Source: Deltaproteobacteria bacterium (GTDB lineage: Bacteria > Myxococcota > Kuafuiibacteriia > Kuafuiibacteriales > Kuafuiibacteriaceae). From it: a stretch of DNA of 36,901 nt. The notes under the pieces are model-generated. The model made no database searches and was not told the DNA's origin. It saw only the letters and a list, made by a program, of their open reading frames with translations. Location: positions 1 to 36,901 of the forward strand of contig JAVJQW010000030.1 of NCBI GenBank assembly GCA_040218735.1, given 5' to 3'. Every line of letters starts with the position of its first letter. Position 1 is the stretch's first letter. Below are positions 1 through 8,370 of the stretch, one piece after another. The position numbers were made by a program, and so were the translations under genes.

Positions 1-1958
1 GCGGTCGGGCTCCGTTGAAGCTACCATGAGGTGTGGGCCGAGGACGTGCCCGAGATCGCTTCCCGACCGCAACGCGGTCGGGCTCCGTTGAAGCATCGCA
101 TCAACTCCTCGTAGGCGGCGATCTGCGTCTTTACTTCCCGACCGCGACGCGGTCGGGCTCCGTTGACGCACTGTGAACTTGCGCTTGTGTCGGTTACGCA
201 CGTTGCCCTTACCGACCGCGACGCGGTCGGGCTCCGTTGAAGCATGTTGTCGCGGATGTTGGTGACCGGCTGGTTGTCGACTTCCCGACCGCGACGCGGT
301 CGGGCTCCGTTGAAGCACGGCGGTACCTCGTCGCGAGCACGCGCTTACGCTCGGCGTCCTTCCCGACCGCGACGCGGTCGGGCTCCGTTGAAGCCTCTCG
401 CACGACGACCCCGGGTGGACCGGCGCCGACGCTTCCCGACCGCGACGCGGTCGGGCTCCGTTGAAGCGCGGCCAACATGCGAGGCGTGGACCGCACGCTG
501 ACGCCCCTTCCCGACCGCGACGCGGTCGGGCTCCGTTGAAGCGAACTGATCTCGGGAGCCCTGGAGGGACTGAATGTTTCGGGCTTCCCGACCGCGACGC
601 GGTCGGGCTCCGTTAAAGCGACGACGACGAACCTCATCCTCGACACGGACGTTCTGGCTTCCCGACCGCGACGCGGTCGGGCTCCGTTGAAGCTACGAGG
701 GCGAGAGTGGCGGTTCACAACTCCACATGAACTTCCCGACCGCGACGCGGTCGGGCTCCGTTGAAGCTACGGGACGCACTGGATCGACCACGTTCGTCAC
801 GCCTTCTTCCCGACCGCGACGCGGTCGGGCTCCGTTGAAGCGTAGAGCACCAATTCGGCATCGCGCAGGGCGACCGCTTCTTCCCGACCGCGACGCGGTC
901 GGGCTCCGTTGAAGCACGCTCGCCGCCTACGAGCACCCTTCCCCGACGAATCGTCTTCCCGACCGCGACGCGGTCGGGCTCCGTTGAAGCTACTACCAGA
1001 CGGGCCTCGTCGGGGTGATGAGCTTCAGCCCTTCCCGACCGCGACGCGGTCGGGCTCCGTTGAAGCATCGCGCTCGTGAGGTTCGACGTCGGCGCGCGGT
1101 TCACGCCTTCCCGACCGCGACGCGGTCGGGCTCCGTTGAAGCGTCCTTCATCAGGCGGTGGGCGAGCTCGCGCACGGCAACACTTCCCGACCGCGACGCG
1201 GTCGGGCTCCGTTGAAGCAGGCGCCGGACCTTACCGGACGTCACGGGCCACCACCTTGGTTCTTCCCGACCGCGACGCGGTCGAGCTCCGTTGAAGCGAC
1301 GAAACCAAGCCGCGGGACCCCACGGCCTTCCTAGGCCTTCCCGACCGCGACGCGGTCGGGCTCCGTTGAAGCGCGCAGTCGTGCGTCCCCGCGCCACCCG
1401 GACAAACGACTTCCCGACCGCGACGCGGTCGGGCTCCGTTGAAGCGTAAAGCCGTCCATCCTGTCCCGTGCCCGGGTTCGATTCTTCCCGACCGCGATGC
1501 GGTCGGGCTCCGTTGAAGCACCATGTTGTCCTCGATGACCTTCGTCAGGGGCATTTCGCTTCCCGACCGCGACGCGGTCGGGCTCCGTTGAAGCCGGCAT
1601 CGGCAGGCGACCGACCCAGCGCGGCAGCGCCACTTCCCGACCGCGATGCGGTCGGGCTCCGTTGAAGCTACATCGGCGGGTCGCTGATGACGCCGGGCGG
1701 GGCCGTCCTTCCCGACCGCGGCGCGGTCGGGCTCCGTTGAAGCACGTACCCCTGACCGACGTAGTAGTAGCGCGGCGTGCTCGCCTTCCCGACCGCGACG
1801 CGGTCGGGCTCCGTCAAAGTTTGAAGACCGGGAGGAAGCCCCAGACCCGGCGCGGCCTTCCCAACCGCGACGCGTTTGGGCTCCGTTGAAGGCCCAGCGG
1901 CTCGACGAGCTGCGTGGCCGTCCTTCCCGACCGCGTCGCGGTCGGGCTCCGTTGGATC
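1..1958 (+). CRISPR. CRISPR array (trailer end): 27 repeats (first partial), 26 spacers, consensus CTTCCCGACCGCGACGCGGTCGGGCTCCGTTGAAGC (36 bp), type I-G(I-U)-like
   Basis: After a partial copy at 1-21, repeats start at 59, 134, 208, 281, 359, 432, 507, 584, 658, 732, 806, 880, 955, 1031, 1107, 1183, 1262, 1337, 1410, 1484, 1559, 1633, 1708, 1785, 1857 and 1923. Spacers are unique, 36-43 bp, the last 30 bp. Palindrome CCCGACCGCG-A-CGCGGTCGGG. The 3' GTTGAAGC end and the degenerate last three repeats give + orientation, with the leader off the left edge. Subtype is inferred from repeat style only. Confidence 0.98.
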
Positions 1959-1991
1959 GCGCGCTCGGGGTGAAGCGCGCTGCTCCCGTGA

Positions 1992-2723
1992 TCAACCCTC
2001 GCTCTGGCGCCAGTGCTCTGCGAGCAGCACCGCCGTCGCGACCGACACGTTCAGGCTCTCGACCGCGCCCGTCCCACCGATCTTCAGCGCGACGTCCGCG
2101 AGGCGCCGCACCGGCGGCGAGACGCCCTCGCGCTCCGCGCCCAACACGAGGACGGTGCGTCGCGCGAAGCGGTGCCGGTACAGATCCCGCTCCCCGTCGG
2201 CGGCCGTCGTCACGATCTCGAAGCCCGCCGCGGCGAGCCGCTTCAACCCGACGACGAAGTCCTCGACCCGCACCACCGGCACGATCTCCGCGCCCCCCTC
2301 CGCGACGCGATGCGCGGACGGCGCAGTGCGACCGTCCGCCTCCGCGCGCACCAGCGCGACGACCCCGAAGTGCGCCGCGCTGCGGAGGATGGCACCGAGG
2401 TTGTGCGGGTTGTCGACGCCGTCGAGCGCGACGACCAACGCCGGCGCCTCGCCGACGCGCTGGAACAGCTCCTCCAACGTCGGCGACCACGTCCGCGCGA
2501 GGATGCAGATGCCCTCGTGGTGCTCCGTCGCCGCGACACGCGCGAGTTCCTCGTCGTCCACGACGTGGTACGCGAGGCGCTGCTCGGAGCAGTACGCGAG
2601 CAGGCGCGAAAACGATCGCTTCGCCTTCTTCGTGAGGTACACGCGGATGATGTCACCCGGGCGCACGTCGAACAGCGTGCGGCACGCCGCCACGCCACAG
2701 ACCTTGATCTCGTCGCTGGCCAA
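1992..2723 (-). CDS. TrmH/SpoU (SPOUT) family RNA 2'-O-methyltransferase
   Basis: Motifs LDGVDNPHNLGAILRSA, VLGAEREGVS and ESLNVSVA, plus N-terminal HHEGI substrate-binding segment. Start placed at TTG 2723; the longer ORF-track extension is antisense to the peptidase gene. Confidence 0.9.
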   Translation of the reverse strand: MASDEIKVCGVAACRTLFDVRPGDIIRVYLTKKAKRSFSRLLAYCSEQRLAYHVVDDEELARVAATEHHEGICILARTWSPTLEELFQRVGEAPALVVALDGVDNPHNLGAILRSAAHFGVVALVRAEADGRTAPSAHRVAEGGAEIVPVVRVEDFVVGLKRLAAAGFEIVTTAADGERDLYRHRFARRTVLVLGAEREGVSPPVRRLADVALKIGGTGAVESLNVSVATAVLLAEHWRQSEG

Positions 2724-2753
2724 AACCGCAGAAAGAGCGATACCACGCCCGCG

Positions 2754-4940
2754 ATGAAAATCTACGTCGGACTCGCCGCCCTCGTCGGACTCGCAGCCCT
2801 CGGCGGACTCGTCGCCTGCAAAGCCAGCGAGGAAGCCAGCGCGCCGGACACCGCCACCGCCGCCCTCCCCGTCGCCGAGCAACGGCCGGTCGCGGACACC
2901 TTCCACGGCGTCGAGGTGAAGGAGGACTACCGCTGGCTCGAGGACTGGAGCGACCCCGACGTGAAGGCGTGGAGCGCCGCGCAGAACTTCTACGCGCGCA
3001 ACCACCTGTCGAACCTCGCCGGGCGCGACGCCGTCGAGAAGAACATCCGCGCGATCTTCGAGGACCGCTCCACGTCCTACACGGCGGTGAGCCTCGTGCA
3101 GGGCAAGGTCTTCGCGCTGGTGCACCAACCTCCGAAGCAGCAGCCCTTCCTCGCGATCCTCCCCTCGCTCGACGACGCCACGCCCGACGTCCTCCTCGAC
3201 CCGAACACCCTCGACGCCAACGGCACCACGTCCATCGACTGGTACCGGCCGTCACCGGACGGGAAGCTCGTCGCCGTCTCGATGTCGGTCGGCGGCTCCG
3301 AGTCCGGGGACGTCACGGTCTTCGACGTCGCGACGAAGAAGGCCGTCTTCGAGAAGATCGAGCGCGTCCAGGGCGGCACCGCGGGCGGCGACCTCGCGTG
3401 GACCGCGGACAGCAAGAGCTTCTTCTACACACGCTACCCCGCGCCCGGTGAGCGTCCCGAAGCGGACCTCGCGTTCTACCAGCAGCTCTGGCACCACACC
3501 CTCGGCGACGACGTCGCGAAGGACACCTACGTCCTCGGAAAAGAGCTCCCGAAGATCGCCGAGATCCGCGTGCGCGTACACGCCGCGAGCGGCCGCGCGC
3601 TCGTCACCGTGCAGGAGGGCGACGGCGGGAAGTTCGCGCTCTTCCTGCGCGAGGCCGACGGCAAGATCCGGCAGTTCTCCGAGTTCGGCGACGGCGTCCT
3701 CGCCGCGTCGTTCGGGCGCGCGGACGACCTGTACCTGCTGTCGCGTCAGGGCGCGCCGCGCGGGAAGGTCACCGTGGTCCCGATCGCTTCGCTCGACGTG
3801 AACGCGGCGAAGGTCGTCGTCCCCGAGAGCGAGGACACGATCGTCGAAGACTTCTGGGGCCCGCCGACCGTCGTGGTCACGAAGTCGCGCATCTACGTCG
3901 AGTACCAGACCGGCGGCCCCTCCACGATTCGTGCGTTCGACCACGCCGGCCGCGCGCTGGAGCCGCTGCCCATCCCCGAGGTCTCCGCGGTGCGGCACCT
4001 CGCCCCGCACGGCGCGGACGGGCTGCTCTTCACGCTCACCGGCTTCGTGGAGCCCACCGCGCTGTACCGGTACGACCCGCTCGAAAACGCGCTCACCAAG
4101 ACCGCGCTCGCGTCGAAGGCGCCCGTGGATCTGTCCGGCGTCCGCGTCGTCCGCGAGATGGCGACCTCCAAGGACGGCACGAAGATCCCGGTGAACATCC
4201 TGCTCCCGCCCGGCTTCGAGAAGACCGGCGACACCCCGACCGTCCTGTACGGCTACGGCGGCTACGGCGTGAACGTCACGCCGCGCATGGGCACGTGGTC
4301 CCTCGCGCTCCTGCAGCAGGGCGTCATCTACGCCATCGCCAACATCCGCGGCGGGGGCGAGTACGGCGAGGCGTGGCACCGCCAGGGCAACCTCACGAAC
4401 AAACAGAACGTCTTCGACGACTTCCACGCGGCGGCCCAGCACCTGATCGAAGCGAAGTACACGACCTCCAAGCGGCTCGGCCTCATCGGCGGGAGCAACG
4501 GGGGCCTGCTGATGGGCGCGACGTTCACCCAACACCCGGACCTCGCGAAGGTCGTCGTCTCGCTGGTGGGCATCTACGACATGCTGCGGGTCGAGCTGTC
4601 CCCGAACGGCCAGTTCAACATCACCGAGTTCGGCACCGTGAAGAACGAGGACCACTTCCGCGCGATGTACGCCTACTCGCCGTACCACCGCGTGAAGGAC
4701 GGCACGGCGTACCCGGCGGTCCTGTTCACCACGGGCGAGAACGACCCGCGCGTCGACCCGATGCAGTCGCGGAAGATGACCGCCCGCCTGCAGGCCGCGA
4801 CGGCCTCCGAGGCGCCCATCCTGCTCAGGACCTCCTCGGACTCCGGACACGGCGGCACCACGTCGCTCGACGAGCGGGTCGCGCAGTACACCGACATCGT
4901 CGCATTCCTCTTCCACCACCTCGGGGTCAACCCGAACTGA
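2754..4940 (+). CDS. Prolyl oligopeptidase (S9A), predicted lipoprotein
   Basis: DYRWLED, YGYGG, IRGGGEYGEAWH, nucleophile GGSNGG, ENDPRV and GHG triad residues. ATG 2754 gives signal MKIYVGLAALVGLAALGGLVAC with lipobox LVA-C. Confidence 0.95.
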   Translation: MKIYVGLAALVGLAALGGLVACKASEEASAPDTATAALPVAEQRPVADTFHGVEVKEDYRWLEDWSDPDVKAWSAAQNFYARNHLSNLAGRDAVEKNIRAIFEDRSTSYTAVSLVQGKVFALVHQPPKQQPFLAILPSLDDATPDVLLDPNTLDANGTTSIDWYRPSPDGKLVAVSMSVGGSESGDVTVFDVATKKAVFEKIERVQGGTAGGDLAWTADSKSFFYTRYPAPGERPEADLAFYQQLWHHTLGDDVAKDTYVLGKELPKIAEIRVRVHAASGRALVTVQEGDGGKFALFLREADGKIRQFSEFGDGVLAASFGRADDLYLLSRQGAPRGKVTVVPIASLDVNAAKVVVPESEDTIVEDFWGPPTVVVTKSRIYVEYQTGGPSTIRAFDHAGRALEPLPIPEVSAVRHLAPHGADGLLFTLTGFVEPTALYRYDPLENALTKTALASKAPVDLSGVRVVREMATSKDGTKIPVNILLPPGFEKTGDTPTVLYGYGGYGVNVTPRMGTWSLALLQQGVIYAIANIRGGGEYGEAWHRQGNLTNKQNVFDDFHAAAQHLIEAKYTTSKRLGLIGGSNGGLLMGATFTQHPDLAKVVVSLVGIYDMLRVELSPNGQFNITEFGTVKNEDHFRAMYAYSPYHRVKDGTAYPAVLFTTGENDPRVDPMQSRKMTARLQAATASEAPILLRTSSDSGHGGTTSLDERVAQYTDIVAFLFHHLGVNPN

Positions 4941-5047
4941 CGGTGAGTGGTGTTGGGTGCGCCCGGCACGTCGTCGGGTGTGCACGACACCTTTGTCCCA
5001 CTTCGCGGTGTGCGCGGGTTGGCCCGATCCTTGGAGAAGTGGGTCAC

Positions 5048-5779
5048 ATGCGTCGAACCGAAGCCCTGCTCCGCTCTCACCCCATGTCGTCTCGCCTGTC
5101 GGCCTCCGCCATCGAGCGGATCGCCGACGCTGCCCGCGTCATCTCGACGGGGGCGTCCCGGTTCATCTACCGGGAGAAGAAGCAGGCGAAGTACGTGTAC
5201 GTCCTCTGCGACGGCGGCGTGCAAATGCAGCAAGCCGGCCCGAAGCGTGAGCCGATCGTCACGCAGCTGTTCAAGGCCCCCGCGCTGTTCGGCCACGAGG
5301 ACGTCCTCGCGGGCGAAGAGTGGGCCCACTCCGTGATGACGGTGAACGAGTCGGTCCTCCTGGAGGTCCCGCGCGCGCTGTTCTGCGAGCTGGTCGCCAC
5401 CGAGCCCCAGTTCGGACACGCCATCCTGCGCGACCTCGCCCGCCGGGTGCAGCTCAAGTCGAACCAGGTCCGCGAGACGGTCGCCGACTCGACCGAGCGC
5501 CGCGTCGCGAGCTTCCTCGTCGACCACGCGGAGCTGTTCGGCGTCGAGGTGCCGTCCGAGCCGGGCGCCATCCGGATCGACGCGCCGATCAACCAGTCGT
5601 CGATCGCCCGCAGCCTCGGCCTGTCGCGCAAGACGCTGCAGCGCGTCCTCGGCGCGTGGCTCGAGTTCGGCTGGATCGCGCGCGCCGGGCGCCGCCTGAT
5701 CGTGCTCGACCTGGAGGCGGTCCGCGCCCTGACCTCCGCGCAGCGCGCCGGCCTCGCCTGTCACCAGGAAGCCGCCTGA
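5048..5779 (+). CDS. Crp/Fnr family transcriptional regulator
   Basis: cNMP-binding-like domain (FIYRE...YVLCDGGVQ...LFGHED), ERRVASFL hinge and HTH INQSSIARSLGLSRKTLQRVL. GGAGA lies upstream of ATG 5048. An alternative in-frame GTG exists at 4943. Confidence 0.88.
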   Translation: MRRTEALLRSHPMSSRLSASAIERIADAARVISTGASRFIYREKKQAKYVYVLCDGGVQMQQAGPKREPIVTQLFKAPALFGHEDVLAGEEWAHSVMTVNESVLLEVPRALFCELVATEPQFGHAILRDLARRVQLKSNQVRETVADSTERRVASFLVDHAELFGVEVPSEPGAIRIDAPINQSSIARSLGLSRKTLQRVLGAWLEFGWIARAGRRLIVLDLEAVRALTSAQRAGLACHQEAA

Positions 5780-5809
5780 CACGCTCGGATCTGGGTTAAC
5801 CTTCCGCGG

Positions 5810-8248
5810 GTGCGGGAGGCGACCATCGCGTCGAACGGACGGAGCGCGTCGAGCGGACGCGCGGCGCTCGTCGCCGCCGCCGCGCTGACCGCGTTGGTCG
5901 CCTGCCACGAGCAGCGTCGTGTGTTCCTCCCGGACCTGTCCGGGCGCGCGTCGGCGTTGCTCGTCGCGACCGGCCTCGAAGGGGACCGGCAAGCCGTCTC
6001 GGCGCTCGACCTATCCGGCGACACCGGCGGGTTGAAGGTGTCCATCGGCAGCAACGACCGCCTCTACCTGTTCGCCTACGACGACCCCCTCGACGCCCTG
6101 GGGCTGTCGGCCGGCCCCATCGACCAGCTCGGTGATGGCCTCGAACGCTTCCTCCCCCCGACCGAGCTCACGTACGAAGCCGCCGCCCCCGAGCGTGCGT
6201 TCGAGCCGGTCGCGTCCTCAGAGCTCGCCGACGTGTTCGCCAACGTCCGCCTCCCGTCCCTGTCCCGCGACGCGTGTGCCGCGCTCGGGTGCACCGCGTT
6301 GGTCGGGCCGCAGGCGAAGGCGGTGTGTCGGGCGCCGTGCCCCGTCGAAGCGCCTCAGGTGGACCCGCCCGCGCCGGAGCCCGTGGTGTTCGCGACGTGC
6401 CCCGAGGGCTGGGAGCGTCGGTCACCGGTCATGGCGGGCGACGTCGAGCACTGCGCCCCTGCGGCGCGGGTCACGTGCCCGCGCGGACAGATCCAGCGCG
6501 CCGGGAGCGCCGGGTGTGAGGACCTCGGCGACTGTTCACAGCCGGGCCCCGCGTCGGTCCCGAGCGGGCGGCCGGTCGTCTACGTGGACGACGACGCGGC
6601 GGCCGGCGGCGACGGCAACGCGGCGTCGCCGTATCAGGACCTCGCGACGGCGTACGCGATGGCCCCGACGAACGCGGTGATCGCGGTCTACGCGGGGCAG
6701 TACGCGGCGCCGAACGTCGCGCTGAATCGCAACGTCGACTTCGTCGGCAACTGCGCGGCCGAGACGATCGTAACCGCCTCCCCCGGGCTCGTGGCGTTCG
6801 ACGTGAGCGCCGGGACGGTCGGGCTCGCCGCGATGTCGATCCGCTCCGCGGGCGGCGCGCCGACGGTGCGCGCGACGGGCGGCGCGCTGCGCATGACGGA
6901 CGTCGAGGTCGACGGCGACGCCTTCGCGATCGCGGGCGTCGGCGGCGACGTGCAGCTCGAACGCGTGCGTGTCCTGCCGGGGACGAACATGGGGGTGTAC
7001 TTCGAAGGTGCGAACCGTGCGTTGGCGGCGACGGACCTCGTGGTGGAGGGGCGCCGCTTCGTGGGCATCCGCGTCAACCGATCGGGCTCAGCGACGTTGA
7101 CGAAGACGATCGTGCGCGGCGTCGACGGCAACGACGACGCGGTCATCCAGCGCGGCTTCGGCATCTTCGTCCAGGAGACCGACGCGCAGATCCGCGAGAG
7201 CGCGGTGTACGACACTCGCCACAACGCCATCGCGGTCTGGACCTCGGAGGCGACGCTCGAAGACGTTTGGGTCGAGCTCGACGCGTTGGGTCCGCTCCCG
7301 GCGATGGGCCTCGACGCGTTCGGCGCTTCGACGATGAACGTGGCGCGGATGAGCGTCACCGGCGCGACGAACGGGTTCTGGATCTACGGCGCGAACGAAG
7401 GGCTGACCGGGACGTTCTCGCACCTGCGCGCGTTCGAGACGCGTGAGGTCGGGATCTTCGCCGTGGCGGGATCGACGGTCGACATCGATCACGTGCTCGT
7501 CCTCCGCGCCGCGCGCTCCGGGATCTCGGTCGCCGGCGCGAACGTCGACCTCGCGCAGTTCACGGTGCTCGACACACGCCACACCGACAATCACCGCACC
7601 GACCGCTACCGCGAGATACCGAACGCATCCGGGATTCGCGTGACCGGCGCCTCTCGCCTCGTCGCGGACGCCGGCCTGATCCGGGGCGTCGCGGGCGTGG
7701 GTCACGAGACGGGCGAGGAGGTCGGTGCCACTGACCAGGGCGAGTTCGTGTGGCTGCGCGGCGTGACGATCGAAGACGCGGGCTGGGGCGGCGTCCACGT
7801 CCACCGCGGTGAGACGATGCTCGAGAACGTGCGCGTGCGCGACGTCGGCTTCGCAGGGTTGCTCGCGTACAGCAACGAGCTCCAGGCGATGGACGTCCAA
7901 ATCGACGGCGTCACGACGCGGACGCTCGAGCTCGCGGACGGGTTCGCGCCCGACTTCGTGATGGCGGCGCGCGTCGACGAGGTGCGCCTCGAGTACCGCG
8001 ACCGCAACGGCGCGGGCATCGCGGTGGGTGGGTTCAACAACCTCGCCAACGGCGCCCTGCGCGCGACGCGGGTTCGGGTCGCCAACGCGGAGCGGTTCGG
8101 GATTCACCTCGCGAACAACTCGCGGTCGATGTTCGAGCAGGTGGAGATCGTCGACGCACCGGTCGGCGAGGACGTCGCGTTCGGGGGCGTGGTCGACGTG
8201 GGGTCGGTGTTCTTCACGGGGGTCGAAACCGAGCTCGTCGTCCGCTGA
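5810..8248 (+). CDS. Large Cys-rich lipoprotein with DUF1565-like segment and right-handed beta-helix (pectin-lyase-like) repeats
   Basis: Lipobox LVA-C near residue 26, Cys-rich linker, VYVDDDAAAGGDGNAASPYQDLATA motif, and recurring G-I/V-x-V beta-helix rungs. Strong GC3 bias. Confidence 0.75.
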   Translation: MREATIASNGRSASSGRAALVAAAALTALVACHEQRRVFLPDLSGRASALLVATGLEGDRQAVSALDLSGDTGGLKVSIGSNDRLYLFAYDDPLDALGLSAGPIDQLGDGLERFLPPTELTYEAAAPERAFEPVASSELADVFANVRLPSLSRDACAALGCTALVGPQAKAVCRAPCPVEAPQVDPPAPEPVVFATCPEGWERRSPVMAGDVEHCAPAARVTCPRGQIQRAGSAGCEDLGDCSQPGPASVPSGRPVVYVDDDAAAGGDGNAASPYQDLATAYAMAPTNAVIAVYAGQYAAPNVALNRNVDFVGNCAAETIVTASPGLVAFDVSAGTVGLAAMSIRSAGGAPTVRATGGALRMTDVEVDGDAFAIAGVGGDVQLERVRVLPGTNMGVYFEGANRALAATDLVVEGRRFVGIRVNRSGSATLTKTIVRGVDGNDDAVIQRGFGIFVQETDAQIRESAVYDTRHNAIAVWTSEATLEDVWVELDALGPLPAMGLDAFGASTMNVARMSVTGATNGFWIYGANEGLTGTFSHLRAFETREVGIFAVAGSTVDIDHVLVLRAARSGISVAGANVDLAQFTVLDTRHTDNHRTDRYREIPNASGIRVTGASRLVADAGLIRGVAGVGHETGEEVGATDQGEFVWLRGVTIEDAGWGGVHVHRGETMLENVRVRDVGFAGLLAYSNELQAMDVQIDGVTTRTLELADGFAPDFVMAARVDEVRLEYRDRNGAGIAVGGFNNLANGALRATRVRVANAERFGIHLANNSRSMFEQVEIVDAPVGEDVAFGGVVDVGSVFFTGVETELVVR

Positions 8249-8288
8249 GGGCATCTGCCCCGGCCGATCGTCGTAGTTTCGGGCTCGG

Positions 8289-8345
8289 GTGACACTTTTC
8301 AGACAACATGAGGCGCCTGCCCTCCGAAAAGTGACAGTGCCCACA
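8289..8345. promoter_or_regulatory. Putative regulatory sites upstream of phoX: Pho-box-like 18-mer (8289-8306, minus strand) and CRP-like dyad (8330-8345)
   Basis: The reverse complement of 8289-8306 is TTGTCTGAAAAGTGTCAC, 14/18 to the E. coli-type Pho box CTGTCATAAAACTGTCAC. 8330-8345 is AGTGA-N6-CCACA versus TGTGA-N6-TCACA. There is also an 8-bp inverted repeat CACTTTTC (8293)/GAAAAGTG (8326). Confidence 0.45.
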
Positions 8346-8370
8346 TGGGCTTACATCCGGAGTCGAACCT

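Noticed and set aside
916-954. Spacer containing CTTCCCCGAC, similar to the repeat start
   Set aside because: A short match in GC-rich DNA; spacer length is normal, so it is likely chance.
21-1990. Numerous ORFs over the CRISPR array with recurring peptides (LQRSPTASRSG, FNGARPRRGR)
   Set aside because: These are translations of the repeat; there is no coding signal.
2013-2753. 975-aa version of the prolyl oligopeptidase and 378-aa version of TrmH
   Set aside because: Each extension is the antisense shadow of the other gene. The signal peptide and family motifs fix the starts near 2754 and 2723.
4295-4942. 494-aa Crp ORF starting inside the peptidase gene
   Set aside because: The N-terminal half is an Arg/Pro-rich off-frame read of the POP gene.
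1959-8248. Possibility that genes next to the array are CRISPR accessory effectors
   Set aside because: No Cas, CARF, HEPN, HD, RAMP or RT motifs seen. TrmH, POP and Crp look like ordinary chromosomal genes at the trailer side.
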